Positions 26,227 through 36,900 of a stretch of 53,552 nt of DNA are shown here, piece by piece. A program made the translations under genes and the position numbers. The stretch is taken from the NCBI GenBank assembly GCA_032718475.1, contig JAUCBJ010008468.1, positions 1 to 53,552 on the forward strand, given 5' to 3'. The stretch's first letter is position 1. Each line of letters begins with the position of its first letter. The notes beneath the pieces were generated by a model. That model was not told the origin of the DNA. It searched no databases and saw only the letters and a list, made by a program, of their open reading frames with translations. This stretch comes from Nemertoderma westbladi (Eukaryota > Animalia > Xenacoelomorpha).

Positions 26227-27440
26227 ACCTAAAGAGGTGAGGTCTCTATAGGGGTGCTGGCAACAGGCGGCGGCGGACTCGTGAGGGTCTGGGGGCACGT
26301 TAAATTGGAATATAGTGCTAGGGAGTCACTGAAGGCCCTCGTGTCTAACGAACCATGAATTGCCATGGTGCCGTGGTATCGCCTAGTCGGCCTGTTGCCG
26401 TACTGCCAGTCCTGTACACAGTAGGGGTGGTGGCATGGCGTGATTTGTGGTTCATGTGGCGTGAACTATGTTTTGTATGTGAGCAATCAGTGGCAGTTTG
26501 CTTGGGGCTTGGATGGTTCCATTGGCTATTAGCTGTTCCGTTTTTTTGATACTATATGTTATTGTCTCCATGTTCAGCTGATTGGTCTTTGGTGGCATTG
26601 GAATAAACCGTCGGGTCTTGAGTTTTCTGTTGCTGTGGGTACGTGAGTACACATGATTGTATGTGTGGCCACTGCGAGTGGGTATGGGAACCCTTGCCAG
26701 TTGGACAAGACGCCGCTGGTATTAGTAGGACCATACTTTACTGCGCCCCAGCATACTATGGGCACACAAAGTTATTTTACCTTGTCGGTAAAATAAGGTA
26801 CTCTCGACTTTTTCGTGTTTCAGTCGATACAATTTTGTCCCTTCTGATTTTGTCTTTACCGATTTTGACCCCGATTTTGTCTTTACCCGATTATGTCCTC
26901 TGTGTGTGCATGGTATGTGTCAGATTTTGTGTTTACCGTAGTGTACTTGATTTCGTGAACATCTGTTGAGTACACGTGTACAGGACGGGTAAGTGGTTAC
27001 TTGTTCCTAGCTTTCGAGCTAGTCAGTATTGTTGAGGAACGGTGTCCCCTCAATACTGCCGGCGAGGCAGGTGAAAACGAGTCAAAATTCCATGTTGGGT
27101 AGCGCAAGCCCACGTGGGACAAGACCGTCGGTTAGGCCCAAGGGCGACCTTGGTGCTCGATCGCTATCGACTGGTCCACCTGCCGGTTGACTCTTTGTTA
27201 TACTTTGAGTTGGCTCAATGTACAGTCAGGCCACAGTAAGTTGACAGTAGCCGCCCATCTGGCTACACGTTCGACGAGCTGTGCTGGTGTGATCGGGGGA
27301 CCGAAAACAGAACCCGGGAAGCATCAGGCCACCCTCCGGCCCGGTCTGATAATAACATCTGTCGGACTGGCCCCAGGGGTGGTGGAAACACGTCCGCCTC
27401 GTGGGTGCGCCTCGGGGAGGAGCCCAGAAGGACGAAAGCG
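26227..27440 (+). ncRNA. Group I self-splicing intron (IE-like core) in the RNase H domain of pol
   Basis: The exon ends in U and the insert ends in G. P1: exon GCCAGU pairs with IGS GCUGGC (26256-26261), with U.G at the splice site. P3 27066-27073/27177-27184; P4 27077-27083/27123-27128; P5 27088-27095/27112-27119; P6 27129-27133/27159-27163; P7 U(C)GACUG 27167-27173/CAGUCA 27223-27228; P8 27185-27193/27207-27215. J8/7 is CAAUGUA. Removal gives in-frame FSDAS-DNGFGVAAY. Confidence 0.88.
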
Positions 27441-30338
27441 GACAACGGCTTTGGTGTGGCAGCGTACTTGCGCAGACAAGTAGACTCAGAAGAATTCGAT
27501 GTTTCGCTCATTACTTCTAAGGCAAAAACAATGCCTACTAAGTATATGACGACACCACGAGCTGAGCTACAAGCCGCAACACTGTCAACCACAATTGTGA
27601 ACCTTATACAGACAGAACTACAGTCAAGTTTACAGATATTTTATTGGACTGACGCGATGTTGGTTTTATTTTACATAAACAACGACACACTTGAATTCAA
27701 GACATTCGTAGCTAACCGTCGCGCGGAAATTCTAGACCGTTCAATAAAAGAAGATTGGCGACATTGTCCCGGACCACAAAACCCAGCCGATATTGCGTCA
27801 AGAGGAATGATGCCTGAGGAATTCTGTAAACCGGAGAACAAAGAATTTTGGCAACACGGACCACAGTTCTTACAAAGATCAACACTAAATTGGCCACCAC
27901 TATATGACAACAAGTCTAACACTATACCTAAGGACGCCGAAATCAAAAAACCAAAGAAAGGGAAAGCAAAGAAAAAGACGACGGCGGCTAAACTCAAGAA
28001 GAAACCGAAGGCGAAATGGAAAGATATAACTTCAAAGGTCAAGAACGGAAGACTTGCGAGCCTTTCTACACCAGACATATCGCCAGACGGTCAACCAGAC
28101 ACGTTACTAGACAGCCAACCAGACATTTTGCCAGACATATCACAAAATGTTCTACCAGACACTAGTAACATATTGACAAATAGTGAAGCCGCAGTTTCCC
28201 TATTGGAGCGGCCTTCTATTAACAAACAACCAGATATGTTACCAGACGTATCGCCAGACACGTTACTAGACGGTCAACCAGACGTTTTGCCAGACACGTC
28301 ACTAGATATTTCGCCGGATGTTCCGCGAAACATTTTACCAGACATGTCACAAAATGTTCTACCAGACACTAGTAACATATTGACAAATAGTGAAGCCGCA
28401 GTTTCCCTATTGGAGCGGCCTTGTATTGACAAACTATCAATTTTGACACACTTGAGCAGCCATAAGCACGGTGAAACCTCATGTATTACAGATGTGGGTA
28501 GTACCTACGCTAATGTAAATACAGGTGTTACTTTGCGCTCAAGAGACATACCAAACTTGCAACCTATGGTGAGACCCGGGATTAATATCGGCAGAAAAAT
28601 AAGTTTACCGAAACCCAGTGACCCCATAGAGTTCAAACCACCATTAACGATCGACTTACAAAGTACTGACAATCTAGGTAAAAAGACGAAGAAGGACAAA
28701 TTACTTGTAGACCCGGACGGATCAACAGTCAACAAGGGAATACTTACCGGCGGACCCGTGGGCCCTTCTAGTAAATCAAAACCTTCCAAATTCTCCATTG
28801 ACTATCCTGATGACGTCACAAATACTTACGTCGACCGTATTGTAAACCTAACAGATTCTTGGACAAACGCTTGCCGAAAATTAGCGTGGATTGTACGTTT
28901 CGTACAATACGTTAAAGGCAAACGCGACTTTACACGTCGACTTACATTGGCTGAGATTGACAGGTGTGAAATTAAATTAATTCGCCATTACCAACTGCGA
29001 TATTTCGCGCGCGAATTCACATCTATAAATCAAGGTCAACCAATCAAGTCGTCACCGATACTGAGTTGGAGTCCGATTATTTATAATGGCTTAATTTGTC
29101 ATAAATCTCGGCTTCAAAACATTGACTTTAACACAAACTTTAGATACCCAATAATAATACCACAACATCACGAACTACAACGTGCAATGATACTGGACGC
29201 ACATTTACATCTGAAACACGCTGGAAGACACCACTGTCTTTCCTACTTACGTACAAGATTTGTATTAATTAGACCCAGTAAAGCGTTAAGTTCAGTAACA
29301 CGTACGTGTATTATTTGTAAAAAGGTACATTCTAGAATAGGTACCCAAGAAATTAGTGAACTTCCACAAGCACGACTTCAAGCATTCAGACCACCTTTTA
29401 CAGAGACTGGAATTGATTGCTTTGGTCCCATACATACGAAACGTGGACGTATACTAGTAAAACGCTGGGGACTGATTTTCACATGTATGTCCAGTAGGGC
29501 AGTTCATATTGAACGTGTGATGGATCTTTCCACCAACGCATTTATACTAGCATTGCGGCGATTTATCGCTAGACGCGGACTAGTGAAATGCTTGTACTCA
29601 GACCAAGGGACAAACTTTGTTGGTGCTCGAAATGAGATTGCTAGAGCCTTTAAGAAATTAGATCATGATCAAATCTCGAACGAACTACAACCTCACAAGA
29701 TTGTTTGGAAGTTTAATCCTCCAGATAGTCCATGGAGAGGCGGAGTCTGGGAGAGATTGATTAGATCTATAAAAACAGCCATGGCAAAGGTCATTCCAGT
29801 AAACCACATATTGACAGACGACCAACTGACAACACTGTTTGTTGAAATCGAGGCAATACTAAATACTAGACCAATAGTATTAGTACCCGATGACAAACAA
29901 TCTCAGTTTGCTTTGACACCGGCACACCTGCTTATGCAGGCACCGACTACATTAATGCCTATTTCAATTCCAACAGAAAGCGACAGCTACGGTAGAAAAG
30001 CGTGGAAAATCACGCAACTACTGGCTAACAAATTCTGGGAAATGTGGCAAAACCATTATTTGCCCTCTATTTCTGCCAGAACAACTTTGTACAATAACAC
30101 CCGCGCATTAAAGCCGGGAGATCACGTGCTGTTAGCAGAAGTGAATCTAAAAAGACGCTTCTGGATAACAGGTGTAATTTTAGCCACACATCCATCTATG
30201 GATGGAGTTACAAGAACTGTTACGGTACGGACAATTGACGGTCGTACAGTTGACAGACCGACTCAACGTCTCGTACTTCTTGAAGAGACTCGTAACGAGT
30301 CTGGAGATTACAAATCTCCAACTAATATTAGTAAATAA
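27441..30338 (+). CDS. pol: BEL pol, exon 2: rest of RNase H, low-complexity linker and integrase
   Basis: GFGVAAY, TTPRAELQAA, WTDAM, NPADIASRG, HHCC (HLHLKH..CIIC) and DDE motifs (IDCFGP, SDQGTNF, WERLI). Confidence 0.92.
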   Translation, partial: DNGFGVAAYLRRQVDSEEFDVSLITSKAKTMPTKYMTTPRAELQAATLSTTIVNLIQTELQSSLQIFYWTDAMLVLFYINNDTLEFKTFVANRRAEILDRSIKEDWRHCPGPQNPADIASRGMMPEEFCKPENKEFWQHGPQFLQRSTLNWPPLYDNKSNTIPKDAEIKKPKKGKAKKKTTAAKLKKKPKAKWKDITSKVKNGRLASLSTPDISPDGQPDTLLDSQPDILPDISQNVLPDTSNILTNSEAAVSLLERPSINKQPDMLPDVSPDTLLDGQPDVLPDTSLDISPDVPRNILPDMSQNVLPDTSNILTNSEAAVSLLERPCIDKLSILTHLSSHKHGETSCITDVGSTYANVNTGVTLRSRDIPNLQPMVRPGINIGRKISLPKPSDPIEFKPPLTIDLQSTDNLGKKTKKDKLLVDPDGSTVNKGILTGGPVGPSSKSKPSKFSIDYPDDVTNTYVDRIVNLTDSWTNACRKLAWIVRFVQYVKGKRDFTRRLTLAEIDRCEIKLIRHYQLRYFAREFTSINQGQPIKSSPILSWSPIIYNGLICHKSRLQNIDFNTNFRYPIIIPQHHELQRAMILDAHLHLKHAGRHHCLSYLRTRFVLIRPSKALSSVTRTCIICKKVHSRIGTQEISELPQARLQAFRPPFTETGIDCFGPIHTKRGRILVKRWGLIFTCMSSRAVHIERVMDLSTNAFILALRRFIARRGLVKCLYSDQGTNFVGARNEIARAFKKLDHDQISNELQPHKIVWKFNPPDSPWRGGVWERLIRSIKTAMAKVIPVNHILTDDQLTTLFVEIEAILNTRPIVLVPDDKQSQFALTPAHLLMQAPTTLMPISIPTESDSYGRKAWKITQLLANKFWEMWQNHYLPSISARTTLYNNTRALKPGDHVLLAEVNLKRRFWITGVILATHPSMDGVTRTVTVRTIDGRTVDRPTQRLVLLEETRNESGDYKSPTNISK

Positions 30339-31000
30339 TTAGGAGTTTACAAATAGATTTCCACGTACCTGTACACTGTAGTAAGGACAGCGGTAGAATT
30401 CCATTGTCTTTATATGTGAACATTGAGGGTAGTACCCTTATGTGTCACATAGGAGCGGGATTTGTAGGTATAAGAAATGGAATTCTACTTGGAACTCACA
30501 ATATTGAGACATTTTCGAAATTTTAGACAATCCATTTGGATTTGAAAAATTTTTAAAATTTTCTCCAGTGAATAGATTTCAGGGTACAGTCGGGTGGAAC
30601 TTAAAATTAGAGAAACAAGAGAGGAAGACTTGCGAGCCTTTCTTAAAATTTTAATTAAATCTTACACGGTCTTGTTTCAATAAGTTACGTCAATAAATAG
30701 ACTCCCCTATATTTATTACTAATTCTTGACTGCTTATTTTCTGATAATAGTTTGGGATCAAAAAGTGAGTATTTTAGACTCACAGCCAGTTTAGCCCAAA
30801 TTCGTTTTTATTTCGGCAAAAAATTTTAGATAAGAAGCAGCGTGTCATTAAAGAAACCCTAGATCTTAGGCTATGGGTAGGAGGTTAGAGCGTTGTCGAG
30901 CCAAAAGGGCAGACGAAAACTCTCACGTCTCCTCACAACTAACTACAAACTCTGTTGTATTCCCTCTAGTAGCAATGATTATGTAACTACACTTCCAATT

Positions 31001-32739
31001 ATGGAGAAGGGGATACAAGGAGAGCCGAGATGGGGATATGATATCCAAGAGGAAGCAGCAGCGCCATTCGAAAGATTTGGAGCCAAGGACTACACTATAT
31101 TTGGTATAAAGGAATTATCAGAAAGTACAGCGAAACTCGCAAAGACTAAATATGACAACCCTTCTACAACTCCGACGCTCAGTGTAATGCCTTTACTCGA
31201 GCAGGATTTAGTATATTTCGAGACGTGTATCTTCGCTGTGCGGGATCTCTTATCGAAAGACCATCTATGTTTACATTGTTACCCTATGAAGGAGAACGTA
31301 TCGTGGAGATTACGGATGAATCACGGCAGACGCGCGCGCCTATCGGTCACCTTGGTGATGATTTCGAAGTAACTACTACGATCACTGACGATCCTTTAGA
31401 GGAACTTCTTGAGATAGAAAGGAACCTCCCGAAGAAATCTCAGACGGAGATTCGACAACTTGAAGCAACAGATGCTATAGTTTGTATACAACCCTCAGAA
31501 ACCTACCAACCCATAGATCCAGATGATTACGATTATAGTGTGGGAGGAAGCGCTCGACCGATTGGAGATCTTATATACGAACGAGTGTGGTACCCTGCCA
31601 ATACGATGTGTGGTAAATGTGGCGTCGCTGGACATCATTCGACCAAGTGCAGTGGAAAGCACATTACTACGACTCAGCTAATCTGTGGATGGTGTGGGGA
31701 TCAAGGGTCTCATACCTTTTATACTTGCTGGAGATTTATGGCTCAATGTACTTATTGCAATATAAAAGGGCATCGAGCATCTGAATGCCAACTAAGAGAC
31801 ATACCCTATGAACACGAATCTGTAAAACTCGTGAGAAAATTATTCGATGAGTGGGAAGATTTAGCCGACGAACATGTATCGGCACAAAGAAGACGATTTC
31901 CGATGAGGGCGCATCTTGGATTTTGGGCGGTAAATCCCCAAACGATGATGTCGGAAGGATACATCTCCGCTATGCCCCAATATGACGAACTTATCGAGGT
32001 AGTCGATATTTTGCCCCACGACAGTGGATTCCGAGTAGTGCGCGAGTATCTATTACAGATTCACCCGGATAACAAAAACACGTGGAATTTTCAGAAAGTC
32101 GTTAATCGCATCACGTATGGTGAATTCGATCGTTTCCGAACTGAAAAGCGGAATAAAGGAGCTTGGTTAACCGTCGCATGGGCGTACCGAGCCGCGTTTT
32201 ACCACAAACGTATACGAGCGAGCGTATTCGAGGAAGAGGAGGTCCTAGAGGCGACAAATATACCAGCCACTCCGGTTGCGCCGTCTGCACGTCACCCTCG
32301 GGAGGACGGACAGGGTAGGATCATACGGGTCCAGAAAGTGGGCCAACAATTAAAGAAAATTATTAATATAGAAGAACGCAAGGGGGTTGAGCCGACTATT
32401 CGAATTACTCGGGATACGGTATCGCTTCCTAGAGAACCAATAGGAGGATCGGGACACACACCAGCTGATCAAAAGGGGGCGCAAGCTGCTCTTGGGTCTG
32501 CGTCGTCCGCTTCTCGCGCGTTCCCAGACGTTCTACCAACTGTAGTGACAACTGATCGGTCACGAGGAATCGGTCGAGGTTTTGGGATGCCAAATAGACG
32601 AATTTGCGAGGAAATAGTCGCACCGTCTCTCAACGTCCAAGCGAAACCAGTGACTCGCCCCACAAGTCCCATATCGCGAGCAAAGTCACCTGTGCGCAGT
32701 TTTCGAGGACGCGGCAGGGCTCGATCAACAAAGCGATAA
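31001..32739 (+). CDS. Extra 3' ORF of the BEL element with three CCHC zinc knuckles (probably one ORF with a frameshift near 31250)
   Basis: CGKCGVAGHHSTKC, CGWCGDQGSHTFYTC, CTYCNIKGHRASEC and an Arg/Gly-rich C-terminus. No signal peptide or TM segment is evident. Confidence 0.7.
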
Positions 32740-32850
32740 AAGGGAGGGCAAGGGTGGACGGAAGACTCGTGAGCCTTTCTTGTGAATTTGTGATTTATTT
32801 GAATTATATGTTTTATATTTAATTAGTAAGTTTTGTATTCTGGAAAACTC

Positions 32851-33120
32851 ATATTTAGTAAGATTTATATTTAGTAAGATTTATATTTAGTAAGATTTAT
32901 ATTTAGTAAGATTTATATTTAGTAAGATTTATATTTAGTAAGATTTATATTTAGTAAGATTTATATTTAGTAAGATTTATATTTAGTAAGATTTATATTT
33001 AGTAAGATTTATATTTAGTAAGATTTATATTTAGTAAGATTTATATTTAGTAAGATTTATATTTAGTAAGATTTATATTTAGAAAGATTTATATTTAGTA
33101 AGATTTATATTTAGTAAGAA
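32851..33120. repeat. 16-bp minisatellite, about 17 copies, in the element 3' UTR
   Basis: Unit atatttagtaagattt. Confidence 0.95.
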
Positions 33121-33811
33121 TTTGTATTTTGCAAGATTTATATTTTATATTTGTGATTATTCCGAACTTATGCAATTTATATTGTTCCGAATACTATGCA
33201 ATTTATATCTTATAAGCAGTATTTGTATTTACAGTGAAATAGAAAGTAAGAGTAGATGGAAGACTCGCGAGCCTTTCTTATGATTTTCATTTATTTGTAT
33301 TTGTAATTGTTTGAATTTATGCAATATTGAGATGCAATAGATTTATATTGGTGAATTTAATTTAGATTTATATTGTACTTACTTAGTAAAGCCTTAAATA
33401 CGTAAAGTTTGAATTTGTAATTATTTTGTATCGAATCATTATGTAGAAAGGAAGTATTGTTTGAAATTTAATTGTAAATATGTAAGTACGCCCTAAGTAT
33501 TCTATAGTTTGATTGATTATTGGTGAAAACCGTATATTTTATGCACGATAATATCCTGTTTTCATGGAGCGGTATAGAATTATATTCCCTAAATGCCGTG
33601 GATTTTCAAAATTTTATTTTATTCGAATTAACTATTTAGGCTATTTAATAAACAACTTGTGCATTATTATATAATAATAATAATAATAATAATTATATGA
33701 TATAATATATTTCATTATTATTGCTGATTCTTTCATTTTAGCCTTTATTATTATTATAGCGACTGTGTACACAACATGCACCACCCAACCAGTAAATGAA
33801 ACGAAACTTAC

Positions 33812-33950
33812 TAATGGTAGAATTAGCGGTTGAAACAAAGAAGATTGATCCAGAAAAGTCCCATTTTTCCTGTTTTGAATCTTCAATGTGGTATGCACCA
33901 CATAGTGCCCCGACTATTACATAAATCACAATCAATATAAAGATAAGAAA
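33812..33950 (-). pseudogene. Two-pore-domain K+ channel (KCNK/K2P) exon remnant
   Basis: FLIFILIVIYVIVGAL (TM1-like) followed by KWDFSGSIFFVSTANSTI (pore helix 1). The GTAAGT donor sits at the phase-1 position where TIG is expected. The cap region is missing. Confidence 0.65.
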
Positions 33951-33954
33951 GTTT

Positions 33955-36900
33955 ATTAAACTTTATTACTAAACGGGTTCAGAAAAAAAAAAGAGTTAAA
34001 AGGTAAAAAGAGTTCAGGGTCCATCGAATAGGTCACCCGGAGAGGGACCGCCCGTCGCCATAACGGACGCCGCGTTGCCCACTAGAATGGCCACCTGAAT
34101 CCGCTGTAGGAGGAAGCGGAGTGAGCGGGGTTCGTGGGTGAATGCGTGCATTCGGGAGCCAACCTCCCGGAGGAAGGCCGCAGTCTCTGGGCCGGGGCGG
34201 CCGAGGGTCTCAAAGGCCACAGGATGGAAAATGTGGAGGCCCCACTGCTCCAGCTCGGCGTACGTCGCGCGTTTCCTCCGCTCTGCCTCCTCAGCTGTGC
34301 GCCCACCGGCGATGAGGGTCTGTTGGAGGTGGCTGGGGGCGAGGGGGTCGACTACCGTAGCGTCCCAAGTAAGGCTTCGTCCCCCGCTCCAAGGGGCGAG
34401 GCTCACCCCGTCCACTCGTTTCCCGTCGTTCCTGAAGAGACCCGGGGGTTCCAGGACTGACGGGATGTCGCAGCTGACCAGTGCCCGCCTCACCAAATTG
34501 TTTATCATGGTGTGACGGGGGTGCCGGCCCGCACTCCTCCGGCAGGAGAGGCCGTGAAGGCCGTCTGCGGCGACTGGACTACCGCAATGGTCACAGGTGT
34601 GGGGTTCCACCACCTTGCACCCGAGCCGGGTGGCGATGGCGATCCGGAACTGGGTGTCAGTTAGTTTCAGCCCCAACGAGGCGCAGGGGAGGGCATCGAG
34701 CCAGCAGCCCGCTGTGGGGTCGTCGACCGAGTTCAGCCGCGCGAGGTTCAGTTGCGATGCTGCGCGACGGATGCTGGCGAGGGACTCCTCGTGTACCGGG
34801 GCCATCCATGCGCGCTGGACAGGCACGGTGGGCAGCGCCGAACCGGCTGGAAGGGAGGTGTTGCGCACTGCGTGTGCCAACTCTACTGCCGGGCTAGGGG
34901 GGACCTCTGCAGACGGGTAGAGGCGGTTGGAGAGAGTAGCGCATGCAGCCGCGGAAGCCAAGAAGGCGGACGGTGCGAGCTGTGCTGCAGAACTCAGTCC
35001 AAGGCCGCCAACCCTTGCCGGGAGGCATGCCTGGGCCCAGGCCGAATCATCAAAGTGGGTGTTGGCGACCTCCTGGAGTGTGCTACGCTGGACACGATCA
35101 AAGTCCTGTAGTAGGGCCGGAAACCGGAAGCAGGGTGCCGTCCGCAGGAAGTAGGTCAACCGCGGCATGGCAAATGAGTTCTTCAGGAGGAAGAACCCAT
35201 GGTGGGCGTCGAGGAGCGGCAGGCGGCTAGCGAGAGTCGAGAGGTTTCCTACCTTGGAGGCGAGGCAGGACTCGATGGCGGAGTCTCCAATAGGCGCACC
35301 CAGCATCGTCAGCTCGTCCAACGGCGGGTACTGGATGCCAGCGCAAATGGTATCAAACTCCCGACGTATTTGGGCGCGTGACTCCTCCGTATCTGGCCCC
35401 AGGAAGAACACCTCACTCTTCCTGGGGTTTATCGTTAAGCCGCACTTCCCCCCCTCCTCGATCAACCGCGCCAAGTCCCGCAGTACCACCTGGGAGTCGT
35501 CGGAGAGGTTCCCATCGTCCAGGTACCAGACGTTGAAGGCAGACTCCATTGTCTGGATGATGGGGTTAGCGGTGTCCCCGAAGAGACGAGGGCCGTCAGT
35601 GTCCCCCTGCTGAACACCCTCGTCGGAGAGGATGGTGTCGTCGCCATGCATGAGGAAGGTCGCTTCCCCATAGGCCGCGAGGGTGTAGTTGTATATGCCT
35701 GGGTACTGGTCATAGACAGCTTCCAGCATCGAATCCCGCCGAATGGTGTTGAATGCGTTGCTGAAGTCGACCTTCAGCAGCACGGTACCCGGCCGGTTCT
35801 CTTCTCCCACTAGTGCCCTAACTGCATGGGCGGCAGCTTCCGCTCCCAGCTTACAGCCGATTCCCAGCTGAACCATCCCATACGACTCCGACCGCTGCTC
35901 CGCCACCAGGTGTCCAACGTACTTGCCGCACAGGCGCCGGAGTGTGACCCCCACCGCTATGGGCCTGATGCCCCCGCCCACCTTAGAGAAGGCAAACAAG
36001 TTAGCCCCAAAGAAGATAGGCCGGATGACTACTGGTACCTCGCCTGCCACCGTCGTGTCGACGAACCTCGCGAGGGCTGCGAGGAAGCGCTCACCCGCTA
36101 CGCCGCTGGTTGGTGCGACAAGATCCTTGTAGATCTGGGGGGGGACAAGATCCACCGGCACTCCCGCAGGGGAAGGAGGCGATCATCTTCCGGAGGGTTG
36201 CTGGTGTAGATGGCCTCGCTGACGGCGCAACTGGCGGTGATGGGACTCGTCTATCAATGGGTTTGGACGGGTGCTTACTGCGGAGCATCTCCAACGTCTC
36301 AGGGGTATCGGGAGCGATGGAGTCCTTGGAGGAGGCCAAACGGATGGCCCCCTTCACGTCCCCGTCCTCGATCTTCTCGGCCACTGCCGAGGCGAGCCGG
36401 ACGGATTCTTCTTCAAGCTTCTGGCGACGGGCCCCAGTGGGGCGACGCGGAGGTGTAGGGACCCCAGAACCCACTAGGGAGGTGGAACGGAAGTCTGAGA
36501 TCAGGCGGTTAACCTGTGAGGCGAGGGATCTCTGATGCTTCTTCCCACCTCGCCTCGGTGCCGGGATGCAGCAGTGGCCCACAAGAAGAAGCCTGATCCA
36601 GCCGTGGACGTCCGACGGGTTCTCAGAAATCGCATTGAGGATATCTGATAGCAGGTCGGCTAAGTTAGCCCTCGACGCCTTGGGAACGTGCCTCAGCTGC
36701 CTGCATCGCCAGCCCCGCAACACCGCCAGGATTTCTTTATCTGAGAATACCCCATTCGGCGGCTGGATCATGGTAGGCTGAGGCGAGGCGGTGGGCTCCA
36801 TCGGGGGAACATCAGAGCCTGGGCAGCGCGCGCCCACACGGCCGTGGATGCGCAGGGACCCGTTTGCCTTAGTTGAAAAAACCCTCGCACAGACGGGACA

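Noticed and set aside
26355-26969. Short ORFs in the intron loop as a homing endonuclease
   Set aside because: All are under 110 aa and none has a convincing His-Cys box, HNH, LAGLIDADG or GIY-YIG motif.
26227-27440. The pol insert as a spliceosomal intron, group II intron, Helitron or MITE
   Set aside because: Its ends are AC...CG. The AG|GTGAG at about 26236 lies after the TAA stop and cannot restore pol. There are no GUGYG/AY ends, no domain V, no TC...CTRR ends, no TIR and no TSD.
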